This document shows, in pieces, positions 31,587-43,386 of a stretch of DNA of 64,000 nt. Position 1 is the first letter of the stretch; each line of letters opens with the position of its first letter. The stretch spans positions 98,532 through 162,531 of the forward strand of contig CBDDDO010000007.1 of the NCBI GenBank assembly GCA_965226655.1. The letters are read 5' to 3'. Under the pieces are notes generated by a model, which saw only the letters and a list, made by a program, of their open reading frames with translations, did no database searches and was not told where the DNA came from. Made by a program: the position numbers and the translations under genes. The stretch is from Granulicella sp. GTDB taxonomy: Bacteria > Acidobacteriota > Terriglobia > Terriglobales > Acidobacteriaceae.

Positions 31587-34559
31587 TTAGTTGGTGGACT
31601 TCTTGGGGCGCTGAACCAGGAGGTTGGGGGTTACGGTGTTGCCGTTGGCGTCGGGGAGTGCGGGTGAAATGGTGCCGGAGTCCGTTGCCGTGGGTAGACC
31701 GCTGCTGGGATAGGTGACGGAGATTTCGTGGACTTTTCCGTCGCCGGATGTGCCGGTGTAGAAGGTGAGGTTATCGTCGGACCAAACGCCCGAGACGGGT
31801 GCAGTTGCCGTTCCGGAGAGCTTTACCGCGCTCAGGGTGCCGGTTGCAGGGAAGTAGACGGGCAGGGCACCGAGTGGGTTTGCGCTGGAGCCCGTGTAGG
31901 TGACAAACGCGGCGGCGGAGTTGCTCGATGGGTATACGCCTGTGATGTCGGTTGCGGTAACGCCTGTGAGGGGATGCACCGTATTGGAGCTCTGGAAGTA
32001 GTTTGTGGCGATGGTCGCAGGCGCCACAGGGCAGGCAGTTTGGACCGGCAGGGTGACCGCGAGGTCGTTCAGTGCTGCCGTAGGGGCGCTGGGCGCAGCA
32101 CCGAGGATGTGAGCACCGTCGTTGGTGGCGACGATACGCTCGTTGACGATGGCCTTCTCATCAGCGATAGGGTAAAACGAGTTCGTGGTCGTAGGTGGGG
32201 TGCCGGCTGTGAGCGTGTTGGAGGGGCAATAGCTGCGGCCGTCGAGCAATGGACCAGCGAAGTACGCGCCGATGTGGGGGACAGTGACGGTGACGTCTGT
32301 GTAGGCCGTTGTCAGCGGGATCGCCGTCCAGCTGGTGAAGGCATTGTGGACGAGCAGACCGGTGGTCGTGGTGATGTATACGGTCTGGCTATCGGGCGAC
32401 CACGAGGCGCGAGTGGCTACGCCGCCATAGCTGGCGGTGACCGAGCCTGAGGTGTTGACGAGCGTGACGGTGTTCTTTGCGGAGTCCGTGGTGACGAGGG
32501 TGGTGCCGTCTGGAGAGACGGAGAGGACCTGGCCGACGATGTTGGTGTTGGTGGAAGCGAGCGTGTTGTTGGTTGCGCTGACGGTCATCAATGCGGACGA
32601 GCTGCCGAGGTAGATGTCCGTGCCGGACTGGTTGATCACCATGGAGTTCGGCACGTAGGGAAGCTTAAGCAGTGTGGCCGGCTGGTTGGTGGTGAAGTCT
32701 ACCGGGTAGAGGTATTGCGACGAGGTGCTTCCGATGTACAACACGGTGGAGCTGGTTCCGGCGGCGTTGACGACGATGCCGTTGGAGGTAAGTGCGGTGC
32801 CGTTGCCCTGATAGTCGATTTGGCTATAGGGCGAAGGGTTGCAGGTCCCGGGTTGGCAGACCGCGGTGATGGTGGCGGTGCCGGGGAAGGTTGGTTGGAC
32901 GGTGTTGCCGGAGGCGGGAATGGTTTGCGGGAACGTGGACTCGTATTCGAGGCTGAGACCGTTGATGGTGGTGCCGTTCTTGTCGGTAACGACTGCGGTG
33001 AAGGGCTGCGAGTTATTCAGGCCGATGGCGATGGGACCTATGCTGCCGTTGGAGGTGAGGGAGATGTTGGTCGGCGGGCAGGTGGAGAAGAATCCGGCCG
33101 TGCTGCCCGAACCGGAGTTCGAGATGGAGGCGGTGATGGTGGCCGAACCGGGCTGGTTAGCGGTGGCGACGCCGTTTTCGTCAATGGTGACGACGTTCGT
33201 GGCACCGACTGCGGCGAAGTTGAGATGGCCTACCTGGCAGGTGATGTTGTCGGCCGCGTAGGTGCTGCCATTGTCAAAGACGCTGGCAACGAGTTGTGCT
33301 GTGGCACCTTGCGACAGGCAGGAGGTGCCGGTGTAGGTAGGCGCTGCTGTGGGAGCGGTATAGGTGAGCGGGCAGCAGTTGCTGGTTGGGTTGCCGATGA
33401 TGGTGATGGGAATGTTCTGGGCAGTTGCAGTTGCGTTGTTGGAGAGCGTGAGAGTATTGACCGTCACTGCGGTGATGCTAGTGGTTGCGGGTATGCCCGG
33501 ACCTGTGATGCCCTCTCCCGTAGCGACACCATTGGTGCTCGACATCGCAACCACTGGCGAGCCGGCTATGGTTGAACCGGTGATAGTTACAGTGAGCTTT
33601 ACATTTGTGGCCAAGGCTTCGGGTTGGCCTGTCGGGGTGGTTGCGGTCGCGTTGTTTGAGAGCGTCAGCGTATTGGTGGCGGCGGTAACGGCAGTGATGG
33701 TGGTGTTCGCGGGTATGCCCGTGCCCGTGATGTTCTGTCCGGTGACAATACCTGTTGTGCTGGATACCGTTACCGTGGGTGAACCGGTAGTTGTCGAACC
33801 CGTAAACGTAGGGGTCGTCTCCGTCGCGTTGCTGGAAAGCGTCAGCGTATTAGTGAAGGGGTTCACCGCAGCAATGGTGGTGCCCGCGGGGATCCCTAAA
33901 GCCGAAACGGGTTCGCCAGTACCGATCCCAGTTGTGTCGGACACTGTAACCGAGCTCGAGCCGGTAGCAGTTACGCCGTTGGTAGTCACCGTTACCATGT
34001 CCGTACCGACGAGGCAGCTTCCTGATGGAGTTCCAATGGATGTACTGGTGGCTGCGGGGTGGATGAAGACGGGGATAGCGTTGCTGACGGCTCCGTTCGC
34101 TGTCGCGGTGACGTAAGCCAGATAGTTGGGAGGCGTGCTGGGGGGGGCGGTGCAGGTGGTGTAGTCGGCGACGCCGCCGCCGGTGTGGCGGTTCCATGTG
34201 CCGGCGCAGACCTGGCCGGTGGAGGGATTGATGTCGGCGTAGGTCGCGGATGCGCTGCCGGCGATGTAACCGTCGGTGGAGGCGTAGGTGTAGGACGAGG
34301 CGGAGACGCTGTTGCCTTTGCAGTCCTGTGCGGAGGCGCTGAGCGACTGGCCGATCTGGCCGTAGTTCAGGGACTCGCCGTAGACAGCGAGCGTGGGCGA
34401 CAGGGTGATGGTCGCAATCTGACCCACTACGGGACCGGAGTCGCCGCCGTTACAGTACTGCACGGCCAGGGCGTGTTTGCACCCCGTCACAGACAGGCCA
34501 AAAGGAACTGCAAAGAAAAGAAGAATTGCAAGACTAACGAATCGCCGTGCCGGACTCAT
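31587..34559 (-). CDS. Large surface lipoprotein: tandem ~57-aa repeats, Ig-like (Big_2-type) region and C-terminal beta-propeller-like region
   Basis: MSPARRFVSLAILLFFAVPFGLSVTGC (lipobox). Three GIPAxTTITAV...NTLTLSNNATAT repeats. Thr/Ser/Gly/Asn-rich beta-type sequence throughout. The track ORF starts 11 codons upstream, at 34592. Confidence 0.8.
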   Translation of the reverse strand: MSPARRFVSLAILLFFAVPFGLSVTGCKHALAVQYCNGGDSGPVVGQIATITLSPTLAVYGESLNYGQIGQSLSASAQDCKGNSVSASSYTYASTDGYIAGSASATYADINPSTGQVCAGTWNRHTGGGVADYTTCTAPPSTPPNYLAYVTATANGAVSNAIPVFIHPAATSTSIGTPSGSCLVGTDMVTVTTNGVTATGSSSVTVSDTTGIGTGEPVSALGIPAGTTIAAVNPFTNTLTLSSNATETTPTFTGSTTTGSPTVTVSSTTGIVTGQNITGTGIPANTTITAVTAATNTLTLSNNATATTPTGQPEALATNVKLTVTITGSTIAGSPVVAMSSTNGVATGEGITGPGIPATTSITAVTVNTLTLSNNATATAQNIPITIIGNPTSNCCPLTYTAPTAAPTYTGTSCLSQGATAQLVASVFDNGSTYAADNITCQVGHLNFAAVGATNVVTIDENGVATANQPGSATITASISNSGSGSTAGFFSTCPPTNISLTSNGSIGPIAIGLNNSQPFTAVVTDKNGTTINGLSLEYESTFPQTIPASGNTVQPTFPGTATITAVCQPGTCNPSPYSQIDYQGNGTALTSNGIVVNAAGTSSTVLYIGSTSSQYLYPVDFTTNQPATLLKLPYVPNSMVINQSGTDIYLGSSSALMTVSATNNTLASTNTNIVGQVLSVSPDGTTLVTTDSAKNTVTLVNTSGSVTASYGGVATRASWSPDSQTVYITTTTGLLVHNAFTSWTAIPLTTAYTDVTVTVPHIGAYFAGPLLDGRSYCPSNTLTAGTPPTTTNSFYPIADEKAIVNERIVATNDGAHILGAAPSAPTAALNDLAVTLPVQTACPVAPATIATNYFQSSNTVHPLTGVTATDITGVYPSSNSAAAFVTYTGSSANPLGALPVYFPATGTLSAVKLSGTATAPVSGVWSDDNLTFYTGTSGDGKVHEISVTYPSSGLPTATDSGTISPALPDANGNTVTPNLLVQRPKKSTN

Positions 34560-34661
34560 GGAAAACAACCGCACTATTACCTCCCCGTTCAACCGGAACC
34601 TAAGCTGAACGGTCTAACCGCCAACCGCTGAAACTCCGAGCTATTCCAGTTTAGGGTAAAT

Positions 34662-34735
34662 GCAGGGAGTAGGGAATAGGGAGTAGGGAGTAGAAGGGCA
34701 GGGAATGGGGAATAGGAAGTAGGGAATAGGGTAGG
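34662..34735 (+). repeat. G-tract/TAG-rich repeat; left flank of the four-helix-bundle gene
   Basis: GCAGGGAGTAGGGAATAGGGAGTAGGGAGTAGAAGGGCAGGGAATGGGGAATAGGAAGTAGGGAATAGGGTAGG. Confidence 0.85.
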
Positions 34736-34759
34736 TCAGAGTTGGGAGATCGTTCGGAA

Positions 34760-35116
34760 TCATAGCTTTTGCATCAGCGAGACGAGCATTCTTGCTATTT
34801 CCTGGGAGAGCCCGTCTGCGGTTAAGATTCTTTGTGGATCGCCAAAGCCTAGTTCTCTTGCGATCACAAGCTGTGTTTGGACTTCTGCGTTCGAGCCGCG
34901 CGCTATGCCTAGAAAATGTTTGTATTCGCCGGTTGAGCCTCGACCGTAGCCTTCTGCGATGTTGCTTGCGACGGATACTCCAGCGCGACGCAACTGGCTG
35001 GTGAGGCCGTATCGTTCTTCAATAGGAAATGTTTGCGTAAGGCGATAGAGGGCAACACTCAGTTGAATAGAGCGCTGCCAAACCTGCAAATCTTTGAATG
35101 ATTCAATTGACTTCAC
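34760..35116 (-). CDS. Four-helix-bundle protein (23S rRNA intervening-sequence protein family)
   Basis: GTG 35116 with a GGAGAG RBS. VKSIESFKDLQVWQRSIQLSVALYRLTQTFPIEERYGLTSQLRRAGVSVASNIAEGYGRGSTGEYKHFLGIARGSNAEVQTQL is the classic signature. The Arg/Pro-rich 5' part of the 227-aa track ORF is spurious. Confidence 0.88.
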   Translation of the reverse strand: MKSIESFKDLQVWQRSIQLSVALYRLTQTFPIEERYGLTSQLRRAGVSVASNIAEGYGRGSTGEYKHFLGIARGSNAEVQTQLVIARELGFGDPQRILTADGLSQEIARMLVSLMQKL

Positions 35117-35127
35117 CTGCTGGTCTC

Positions 35128-35148
35128 TCCTATTCCCTATTCCCTGCC
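35128..35148 (-). repeat. Inverted copy of the CAGGGAATAGGGA repeat; right flank of the four-helix-bundle gene
   Basis: The plus strand TCCTATTCCCTATTCCCTGCC is the reverse complement of GGCAGGGAATAGGGAATAGGA. It lies directly after the S9 peptidase stop. Confidence 0.8.
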
Positions 35149-37131
35149 TTACTTCATATTTTCTTCGAACCATTTGAGTTCGCGGGCTTCGCGGTCGGCG
35201 AGGTGGGTGGGGTCGATGAAGCGGTGGCCTTCGTTGGGGTAGACGATCAGTTGGGTTTTGACGCCGAGGGCGTGGAGGGCGTGCCACATTTCGAAGGATT
35301 GTGGGGCGGGGCACTCGCCGTCGCGCTCTCCGACGATGATGAGCATGGGGGTGGTGGCCTGCTTGATGAAGGTGATGGGAGAGGATTTGGCGTAGATGGC
35401 GGGGTCGTCGTAGACGGTGGCACCGAAGAATGGGGTCATCCACTGGTCGATGGAGTTTTCGCCGTAGTAGCTTAGCCAGTCGGAGAGGCCGGCGCCGGCG
35501 ATGGCGGCGCGGAAGCGGTGGGTCTGGGTGACGGCGAACATGGTCATGAAGCCGCCATAGCTCCAGCCGGTGAGGCCTTCGCGGGTTTTGTCGATGGAGA
35601 CGCGGGCTTCGACGGCGTCCATGCCGGCGAGGGTGTCGCGGAGGTCGCCGTAGCCGAAGTCTTTACGGTTGGCCTGGACGAATTTTTCGCCCTGACCGTA
35701 GCTGCCGCGGGGGTTGGGCTGGAAGAGGAAGTAGCCGTACTTGGGCCAGTTGACGGTCGCTTCGTCGTCGATCTGCGGGCCAGCTTCGCTGGATGGGCCT
35801 CCGTGGACTTTGACGACGAGCGGGTATTTCTTTTTGGAGTCGTAGTTGGCGGGGTAGGTGAGCCAGCCCTGGACGTGGAAGCCTTCGTTGGTCCACTCGA
35901 TGGACTCGGTCTTTTCGGTGGGCTTGTTGGCGTCGTTGAGGTGGGTGATTTGCTGGAGGTGGTCGAGGGGGCCGGCGTAGACTTCGGGGCCCTGGGTGAA
36001 GCTGTATTTGATGAAGGCGAACTGGCCGAATTCGGTGAAGGACATCGAGTTCTGGATGGGCTCATCGCCGAGGGCGATTTCGCCCATGTCGAGGGAGCTG
36101 TTGGGGACGTAGGTTTGGGTGTTGACGTCGTAGTCGGGGAGGAGGATGCGGCCGCGGCGGTGCTCGACCATGCCGATCTGCTTGTTGTTGAGCCAGGCTT
36201 CGAAGGTGGGTGTGCCGTCGATGTTGGGAGTGACGTCGAAGGGGGCGGATTTGCCGTCGGCGTTGATGGCCCAGACGTCGCCGCCGGTGTAGCCCTGGTC
36301 GGACATGAGGCCGCCGATGAAGGCGATGCGCTTGCCGTCGGGGGACCAGCGGGGGACGGCGATTTGGAGGCCGTGGAGGGCGGTTGGAGTGGTGGTGGGG
36401 TCGAGGATGACGGTTGGCGTGAATGGCACTTCTTTATCAGTGGGAGCTGTGTAGAGTTTTGCGACCCACCAGTTGTTCTCGCCTGGAGGAATAGCGCCGA
36501 TAAAAGCAATTCGTTTCGAGCTGGGCGCTTCGGCAAATTCATAGACGTGCAGGTCTGAGGGCGTGAGCCAATTGCCAGTGCCGGTCGCGACTTCGACAGA
36601 AAACACGCGCTGGATCTCGATGTTGTCTTCGCCGATGACGCCGACGGCGGGGTCTTCGGCGGCGAGGGGGCTGGCTGTGCGGGTGGCGTTTTCTACGAAG
36701 AGGAAGGCGATGGATTTGCCGTCGGGGGACCAGGCGGCCTGATCGATGCTGCCGGTGACGTGGGTGAGTTGTTTGATTTCGCCGGTGGCGCGGGACCAGA
36801 GGAAGAGCTCGGGTTGGCCGGGTTTTTCCTGCTTGCTGGTGCAGGTGGAGGTGAAGGCGAGGGTGTTGCCGTCGGGCGACCAGATGGGCGCGGTGTTGGA
36901 GCAGTTGGTGGCGCCGTTGGGGGCGATGAGACGTTCTTTGGCGGGATCGGGATCGGCGAGGGTGGTGAGGTGGAGGGTGGAGGTTTCGCTTTGCTTGAGG
37001 GTCCAGGCGACGGTGGTGCCGTCGGGGGAGATGGCGGCGGAGGTGGGCTGGGGCCGGGGAGGTGTCTGTGCGAAGAGGGATGTGGCGAGGAGGAGGGTCG
37101 TCGCGGTGGTGGAGATCAGGCGCGGAGTCAT
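35149..37131 (-). CDS. S9-family serine peptidase (prolyl oligopeptidase/acylaminoacyl peptidase type) with an N-terminal beta-propeller
   Basis: 660 aa. Signal peptide, TolB-like SPDG repeats, the nucleophile elbow GWSYGGFMT, and a C-terminal GERDGECP...EGHRF. Confidence 0.92.
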   Translation of the reverse strand: MTPRLISTTATTLLLATSLFAQTPPRPQPTSAAISPDGTTVAWTLKQSETSTLHLTTLADPDPAKERLIAPNGATNCSNTAPIWSPDGNTLAFTSTCTSKQEKPGQPELFLWSRATGEIKQLTHVTGSIDQAAWSPDGKSIAFLFVENATRTASPLAAEDPAVGVIGEDNIEIQRVFSVEVATGTGNWLTPSDLHVYEFAEAPSSKRIAFIGAIPPGENNWWVAKLYTAPTDKEVPFTPTVILDPTTTPTALHGLQIAVPRWSPDGKRIAFIGGLMSDQGYTGGDVWAINADGKSAPFDVTPNIDGTPTFEAWLNNKQIGMVEHRRGRILLPDYDVNTQTYVPNSSLDMGEIALGDEPIQNSMSFTEFGQFAFIKYSFTQGPEVYAGPLDHLQQITHLNDANKPTEKTESIEWTNEGFHVQGWLTYPANYDSKKKYPLVVKVHGGPSSEAGPQIDDEATVNWPKYGYFLFQPNPRGSYGQGEKFVQANRKDFGYGDLRDTLAGMDAVEARVSIDKTREGLTGWSYGGFMTMFAVTQTHRFRAAIAGAGLSDWLSYYGENSIDQWMTPFFGATVYDDPAIYAKSSPITFIKQATTPMLIIVGERDGECPAPQSFEMWHALHALGVKTQLIVYPNEGHRFIDPTHLADREARELKWFEENMK

Positions 37132-37220
37132 GGGGGAGAGGCTATCACTTTGGGTGAGAACGGTCTCAGGTCGGTCGTGCGCAGTTCTTCCGATCGATGG
37201 TTACAACTGCGACGGAATAA

Positions 37221-37250
37221 GGAGATCCTTCGCTGTGCTCAGGATGAGGG
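37221..37250 (+). repeat. Element B copy between the S9 peptidase and GNAT genes
   Basis: GGAGATCCTTCGCTGTGCTCAGGATGAGGG. Confidence 0.75.
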
Positions 37251-37268
37251 CTCTAAAAGGGAGCGTGG

Positions 37269-37982
37269 CTACTCGCGGGTGATGCGGTGCATGGTGAGTT
37301 TGCCGGAGAGGAGGAAGCCGAGGCGCTGGTAGAGGGCGATGGCGTTGGTGTTGGAGGCTGAGACGTGGAGGTAAGAGTTGCGGTTAATCGTGCGGTTGTG
37401 GGTGATGATGTGGGCTAGCAGGCGGGCGGCGTGGCCTTGTCCGCGATGCGCGGGGTGGGTGCAGAGGCCGCTGAGCTCGCGCCAGGGGTTGATGCTCATG
37501 CGCTCGCCGCACATGGCGATGAGTTGACTGTCCTGCCAAATGCCGAAGTAGCTGCCCATTTCGCAGGTGCGGATGCGGAAGAGGCCGGGGAAGGCGATGT
37601 CGGTGAGGGCGAGCATGGTGGCGGCGTCGGCGCAGGTGAGAGGGGAGATGGTGGGGGTCGTGTGACTTTCGGGGGTTTCGAAGATGGGGGCTTCGGGTGG
37701 ATAGGCGAACTGGAGGCAAGGGATGGTGCCGTTCCAGGTGAGGCCGGGCGCGGTGGTGGGGTTGGCTGGGGGTGGGGTGTCGGCGAGGTAGAGCGTTTCG
37801 TTGGGGAGGAGCAGGGTGTGGAGGTCGCGGAAGGCTTCGGGGGTGGTGTCGTCGATGGCGCCGAAGGGGGCGACGTCGGCGGGGTATTTGGTGGCTTTGC
37901 CGGCGGTGAGGGCGAGGTGGGTGTGAGTGGAGCGGAGGGCGGCCTGGGCTGGGTTGGGGAAGAATGGGAGGGTCTCGGGCAA
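37269..37982 (-). CDS. GNAT-family N-acetyltransferase
   Basis: 237 aa. The C-terminal half reads LCTHPAHRGQGHAARLLAHII...NTNAIALYQRLGF (acetyl-CoA binding motif A). Confidence 0.8.
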   Translation of the reverse strand: MPETLPFFPNPAQAALRSTHTHLALTAGKATKYPADVAPFGAIDDTTPEAFRDLHTLLLPNETLYLADTPPPANPTTAPGLTWNGTIPCLQFAYPPEAPIFETPESHTTPTISPLTCADAATMLALTDIAFPGLFRIRTCEMGSYFGIWQDSQLIAMCGERMSINPWRELSGLCTHPAHRGQGHAARLLAHIITHNRTINRNSYLHVSASNTNAIALYQRLGFLLSGKLTMHRITRE

Positions 37983-38250
37983 GGGATAGCTCCTTGGGTT
38001 GTGGTTTCAGGATAGCGGAGGCGGTTCGGGTAAAATTGGTGTTCGCGATTCTGCGAACCCGATACCCAACGGCGAGGAAGAGAGTTGGGGGCAAACGGTT
38101 TGGTGGTGGGTGGGTCGGTCCGTGGTCGACCGTAGAGCCCACCTTAGCCGACGATAAGACCGTCGGCGAAGATGGGGCACCCGTAGACGTGCCGTTCGCG
38201 CGAAATATGCCCTGAAATGGGTGCGGGATGATTGATTTCAAGCGAATTTG

Positions 38251-38279
38251 TTGACGTTGGGCGGGTGAGTTGATACATT
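38251..38279 (+). promoter_or_regulatory. Candidate sigma-70-type promoter for the rpsL operon
   Basis: TTGACG (38251-38256), a 17-nt spacer, then TACATT (38274-38279). It lies about 410 nt upstream of rpsL, in a 710-nt intergenic region. Confidence 0.35.
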
Positions 38280-38691
38280 TAGAAGGTTCCATGAGTTTCT
38301 GGAACAGCCTGTCTGGTAGTAACGAGGCCAGATGGCTCTGTCTGTGAGCCTGCGACACCCTCCACCCTCTTGCACTTATTTGAGGATCCCATGTGGAAGG
38401 GCTATGCGGGCCGGAACAGCGCGAAACGGAGTTGGCAGGAGCGGAAACGCTCTAAACGCTAGCCACCGTCGGCTGTCTCAATACCTTGAGCAGTGAAAAT
38501 TGCAGTACACGCAGTCCAGCAGTACGGCCGCGTGCAGGATTCAGGACTTCGCCGGAGCACGTTTGCGTGCTCCGCCTTTCGCGTGTGCGGTATTGCGTGG
38601 AAGTAAAGCGGGAGGAGCTGCCCTGCACTGAGCCCGAATACAGAAATTCGGGGCTTGGGTTATCCAAGCTACTAGCCGAGGGAGTTTTATA

Positions 38692-39075
38692 GTGCCTACG
38701 TTTCATCAGCTCGTAAAGCAGGGCCGGACGCCGACCCGCTACAAGACCGCATCGCCCGCACTGCAGGGATCGCCTCAGCGCCGTGGTGTTTGCACTCGCG
38801 TGTACACCCAGACCCCGAAGAAGCCGAACTCGGCTTTGCGTAAGGTGGCTCGTGTGCGCCTGACCAATGGCATTGAAGTAACGACCTACATTCCGGGCAT
38901 CGGCCACAACCTGCAGGAGCACTCGATTGTGCTGATTCGCGGCGGCCGTGTGAAGGATCTGCCGGGTGTTCGTTACCACGTTGTTCGCGGAACCCTGGAT
39001 TCGGTTGGCGTGGCTAATCGGAAGCAGAGCCGCTCGAAGTACGGCGCGAAAAGGCCGAAGGCTTCGACGAAGTAA
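38692..39075 (+). CDS. rpsL: 30S ribosomal protein S12
   Basis: GTG start. [11 protein letters not shown]...[30 protein letters not shown]...[25 protein letters not shown]. Confidence 0.97.
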   Translation: MPTFHQLVKQGRTPTRYKTASPALQGSPQRRGVCTRVYTQTPKKPNSALRKVARVRLTNGIEVTTYIPGIGHNLQEHSIVLIRGGRVKDLPGVRYHVVRGTLDSVGVANRKQSRSKYGAKRPKASTK

Positions 39076-39098
39076 CGTTTGGCATTCTCGCTTGGGGT

Positions 39099-39155
39099 GA
39101 AGCAGATCCCCTGCGAGGATGACAGCAAGAAAATCAAGTGCAACGACAACAGCTT
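39099..39155 (+). repeat. Element B variant inside the rpsL-rpsG spacer
   Basis: GAAGCAGATCCCCTGCGAGGATGACAGCAAGAAAATCAAGTGCAACGACAACAGC. Confidence 0.8.
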
Positions 39156-39214
39156 CAATAGGCTCAGCCGCGTGAGAAGTCACCGCACTGAGGGAAGACG
39201 AGAAAGAAGAGAGA

Positions 39215-39685
39215 ATGCCGAGAAAAGGTTACATCGCGAAGCGTGAAGTGCCGGCCGACCCGATCTATGGATCGACGCTGGTTACGAAGTTTGTCAACAG
39301 CATGATGTGGGGCGGCAAGAAGTCGACTGCTCAGGGCATCTTCTATGAGGCGATGACGAACCTCGAAGCCAAGGGTGGCGACGAGGCTCTGAAGCTGTTC
39401 AAGAAGGCTGTTGAGAACGTGAAGCCGATGCTGGAAGTGAAGAGCCGCCGCGTTGGCGGAGCGAACTACCAGGTGCCGATCGAAGTGAACCCGGAGCGTC
39501 GTACGTCGCTCGCGATTCGCTGGCTCGTCAGCTACGGCCGTCTGCGTGGCGAGAAGGGCATGGTCGATAAGTTGACCGCCGAACTGCTGGACGCGGCCAA
39601 TGGCCGTGGCGCCGCGATGAAGAAGAAGGAAGACGTTCATCGTATGGCGGAAGCGAATAAGGCGTTTGCGCATTACCGCTGGTAG
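39215..39685 (+). CDS. rpsG: 30S ribosomal protein S7
   Basis: 156 aa. MPRKG...DPIYGS.LVTKFVN.MM..GKKS...[16 protein letters not shown]. Confidence 0.97.
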   Translation: MPRKGYIAKREVPADPIYGSTLVTKFVNSMMWGGKKSTAQGIFYEAMTNLEAKGGDEALKLFKKAVENVKPMLEVKSRRVGGANYQVPIEVNPERRTSLAIRWLVSYGRLRGEKGMVDKLTAELLDAANGRGAAMKKKEDVHRMAEANKAFAHYRW

Positions 39686-39690
39686 TTGAA

Positions 39691-39725
39691 GGCAGGGAAT
39701 AGGGAGCAGGGAATAGGGAGTAGAA
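39691..39725 (+). repeat. G-tract repeat in the rpsG-fusA spacer
   Basis: GGCAGGGAATAGGGAGCAGGGAATAGGGAGTAG. 27 nt (CAGGGAATAGGGAGCAGGGAATAGGGA) are identical to 54070-54096. Confidence 0.9.
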
Positions 39726-39789
39726 AGCCCGCCTGCTCAGTCGAAGTTTGGATTACCGCGGGCGAGAGTCCGCAGAAAAGATACGAATC

Positions 39790-41880
<2,091 letters not shown>

Positions 41881-42028
41881 TAAGGATAGAGAGTAAGGAG
41901 TAGAAAGCTCACTGACTTTTTGCTCGAAGGTTTTGTAAGAAAGTAAGCCGCGCACTGGAGCCCGATAAGTTACGGCGTGCGCAAAACGCGGGACAAGATT
42001 TTGAACTAAGGCATTACGGAGAAAAGTC

Positions 42029-43216
42029 ATGGCGAAGGAAAAATTTGATCGCAGCAAGCCGCACGTAAACGTTGGGACGATTGGTCATATTGATCACGGC
42101 AAGACGACGCTGACGGCTGCTATCACGAAGGTTCTGTCGAAGCACAACCCTCACAACAAGTTCCGCTCGTTCGACACGATCGACAACGCGCCGGAAGAGC
42201 GTGAGCGCGGTATTACGATTTCGACCTCGCATGTAGAGTACGAGACGCCGAACCGTCACTATGCGCACGTTGACTGCCCGGGCCACGCCGATTACATCAA
42301 GAACATGATCACGGGTGCGGCACAGATGGATGGAGCGATCCTCGTCGTCGCGGCAACCGATGGTCCGATGCCCCAGACCAAGGAGCACGTTCTCCTTGCT
42401 CGCCAGGTTGGCGTTCCGTACATCGTTGTTTTCCTGAACAAGTGCGATGCCGTTGAAGATGAAGAGCTGATCGAGCTGGTTGAGATGGAAGTTCGTGAGC
42501 TTCTCAGCAAGTATGACTACCCTGGCGACGATACCCCGATCATTCGTGGATCTGCCCTGGGTGCTCTGAACGGCGAAGCGCAGTGGGAAGCGAAGATCGA
42601 TGAGCTGATGGCAGCTGTCGATAAGTACATCCCGCAGCCTGACCGTCTGGTCGACCTGCCGTTCCTGATGCCGATTGAAGACATCTTCTCGATCTCGGGC
42701 CGTGGCACTGTGGTGACGGGTCGTATCGAGCGCGGCAAGGTGAAGGTTGGCGAAGCGGCTGAGATCGTCGGCTTCCGCGACACGCAGAACACCGTGGTTA
42801 CGGGCGTTGAGATGTTCAAGAAGCAGCTGGACGAAGGTCTTGCCGGCGACAACGCGGGTCTGTTGCTCCGCGGCGTGGCGAAGGAAGACGTGGAGCGCGG
42901 CATGGTGTTGGCCAAGCCGGGATCGATCAAGCCGCACACCCAGTTCAAGGGCGAGGTTTACGTCCTGAGCAAGGAAGAAGGCGGCCGTCATACACCGTTC
43001 TTCAACGGCTACCGCCCGCAGTTCTACTTCCGGACCACGGACGTTACGGGCTCGGCGAAGCTTCCGGAAGGCACGGAGATGTGCATGCCGGGCGACAACA
43101 TCCAGCTGGAGATCACACTGCATACGCCGGTCGCGATGGAAAAGGGTCTGCGCTTCGCTATCCGCGAAGGTGGACGCACCGTCGGAGCCGGTACGATCTC
43201 CGACATCATCAAGTAA
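42029..43216 (+). CDS. tuf: Elongation factor Tu
   Basis: 395 aa. [33 protein letters not shown]...[26 protein letters not shown]. Confidence 0.98.
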   Translation: MAKEKFDRSKPHVNVGTIGHIDHGKTTLTAAITKVLSKHNPHNKFRSFDTIDNAPEERERGITISTSHVEYETPNRHYAHVDCPGHADYIKNMITGAAQMDGAILVVAATDGPMPQTKEHVLLARQVGVPYIVVFLNKCDAVEDEELIELVEMEVRELLSKYDYPGDDTPIIRGSALGALNGEAQWEAKIDELMAAVDKYIPQPDRLVDLPFLMPIEDIFSISGRGTVVTGRIERGKVKVGEAAEIVGFRDTQNTVVTGVEMFKKQLDEGLAGDNAGLLLRGVAKEDVERGMVLAKPGSIKPHTQFKGEVYVLSKEEGGRHTPFFNGYRPQFYFRTTDVTGSAKLPEGTEMCMPGDNIQLEITLHTPVAMEKGLRFAIREGGRTVGAGTISDIIK

Positions 43217-43282
43217 GTCCTGCGCGGACGGCGGGATGCGCTTCGCGCAAAACGCTGGACGCGTGGCACACATGATAACGAG

Positions 43283-43319
43283 GGCTGCCGGCTGGTAGAG
43301 ATGTTTATCACCGGCAGCC
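43283..43319 (+). promoter_or_regulatory. Hairpin in the tuf-rpsJ spacer (possible attenuator or S10 leader element)
   Basis: 9-bp perfect stem GGCTGCCGG / CCGGCAGCC with a 19-nt loop. No T-tract follows, so it is not a classic terminator. Confidence 0.3.
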
Positions 43320-43386
43320 ACTCCTAACCGATCTTTGATCAGCACGTTCCTCTCGCTTGAGTGCGACGAACGTAGAAAGAATTGAA

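Noticed and set aside
38290-38690. A known ncRNA gene (tRNA, SRP RNA, RNase P RNA, tmRNA, 6S) in the 710-nt gap before rpsL
   Set aside because: I could not find the diagnostic conserved boxes by eye: the T-loop GGTTCGAATCC, the SRP GGAAGCAGCC-type motif, or the RNase P GAGGAAAGTCC motif. The region is kept only as an unassigned structured leader.
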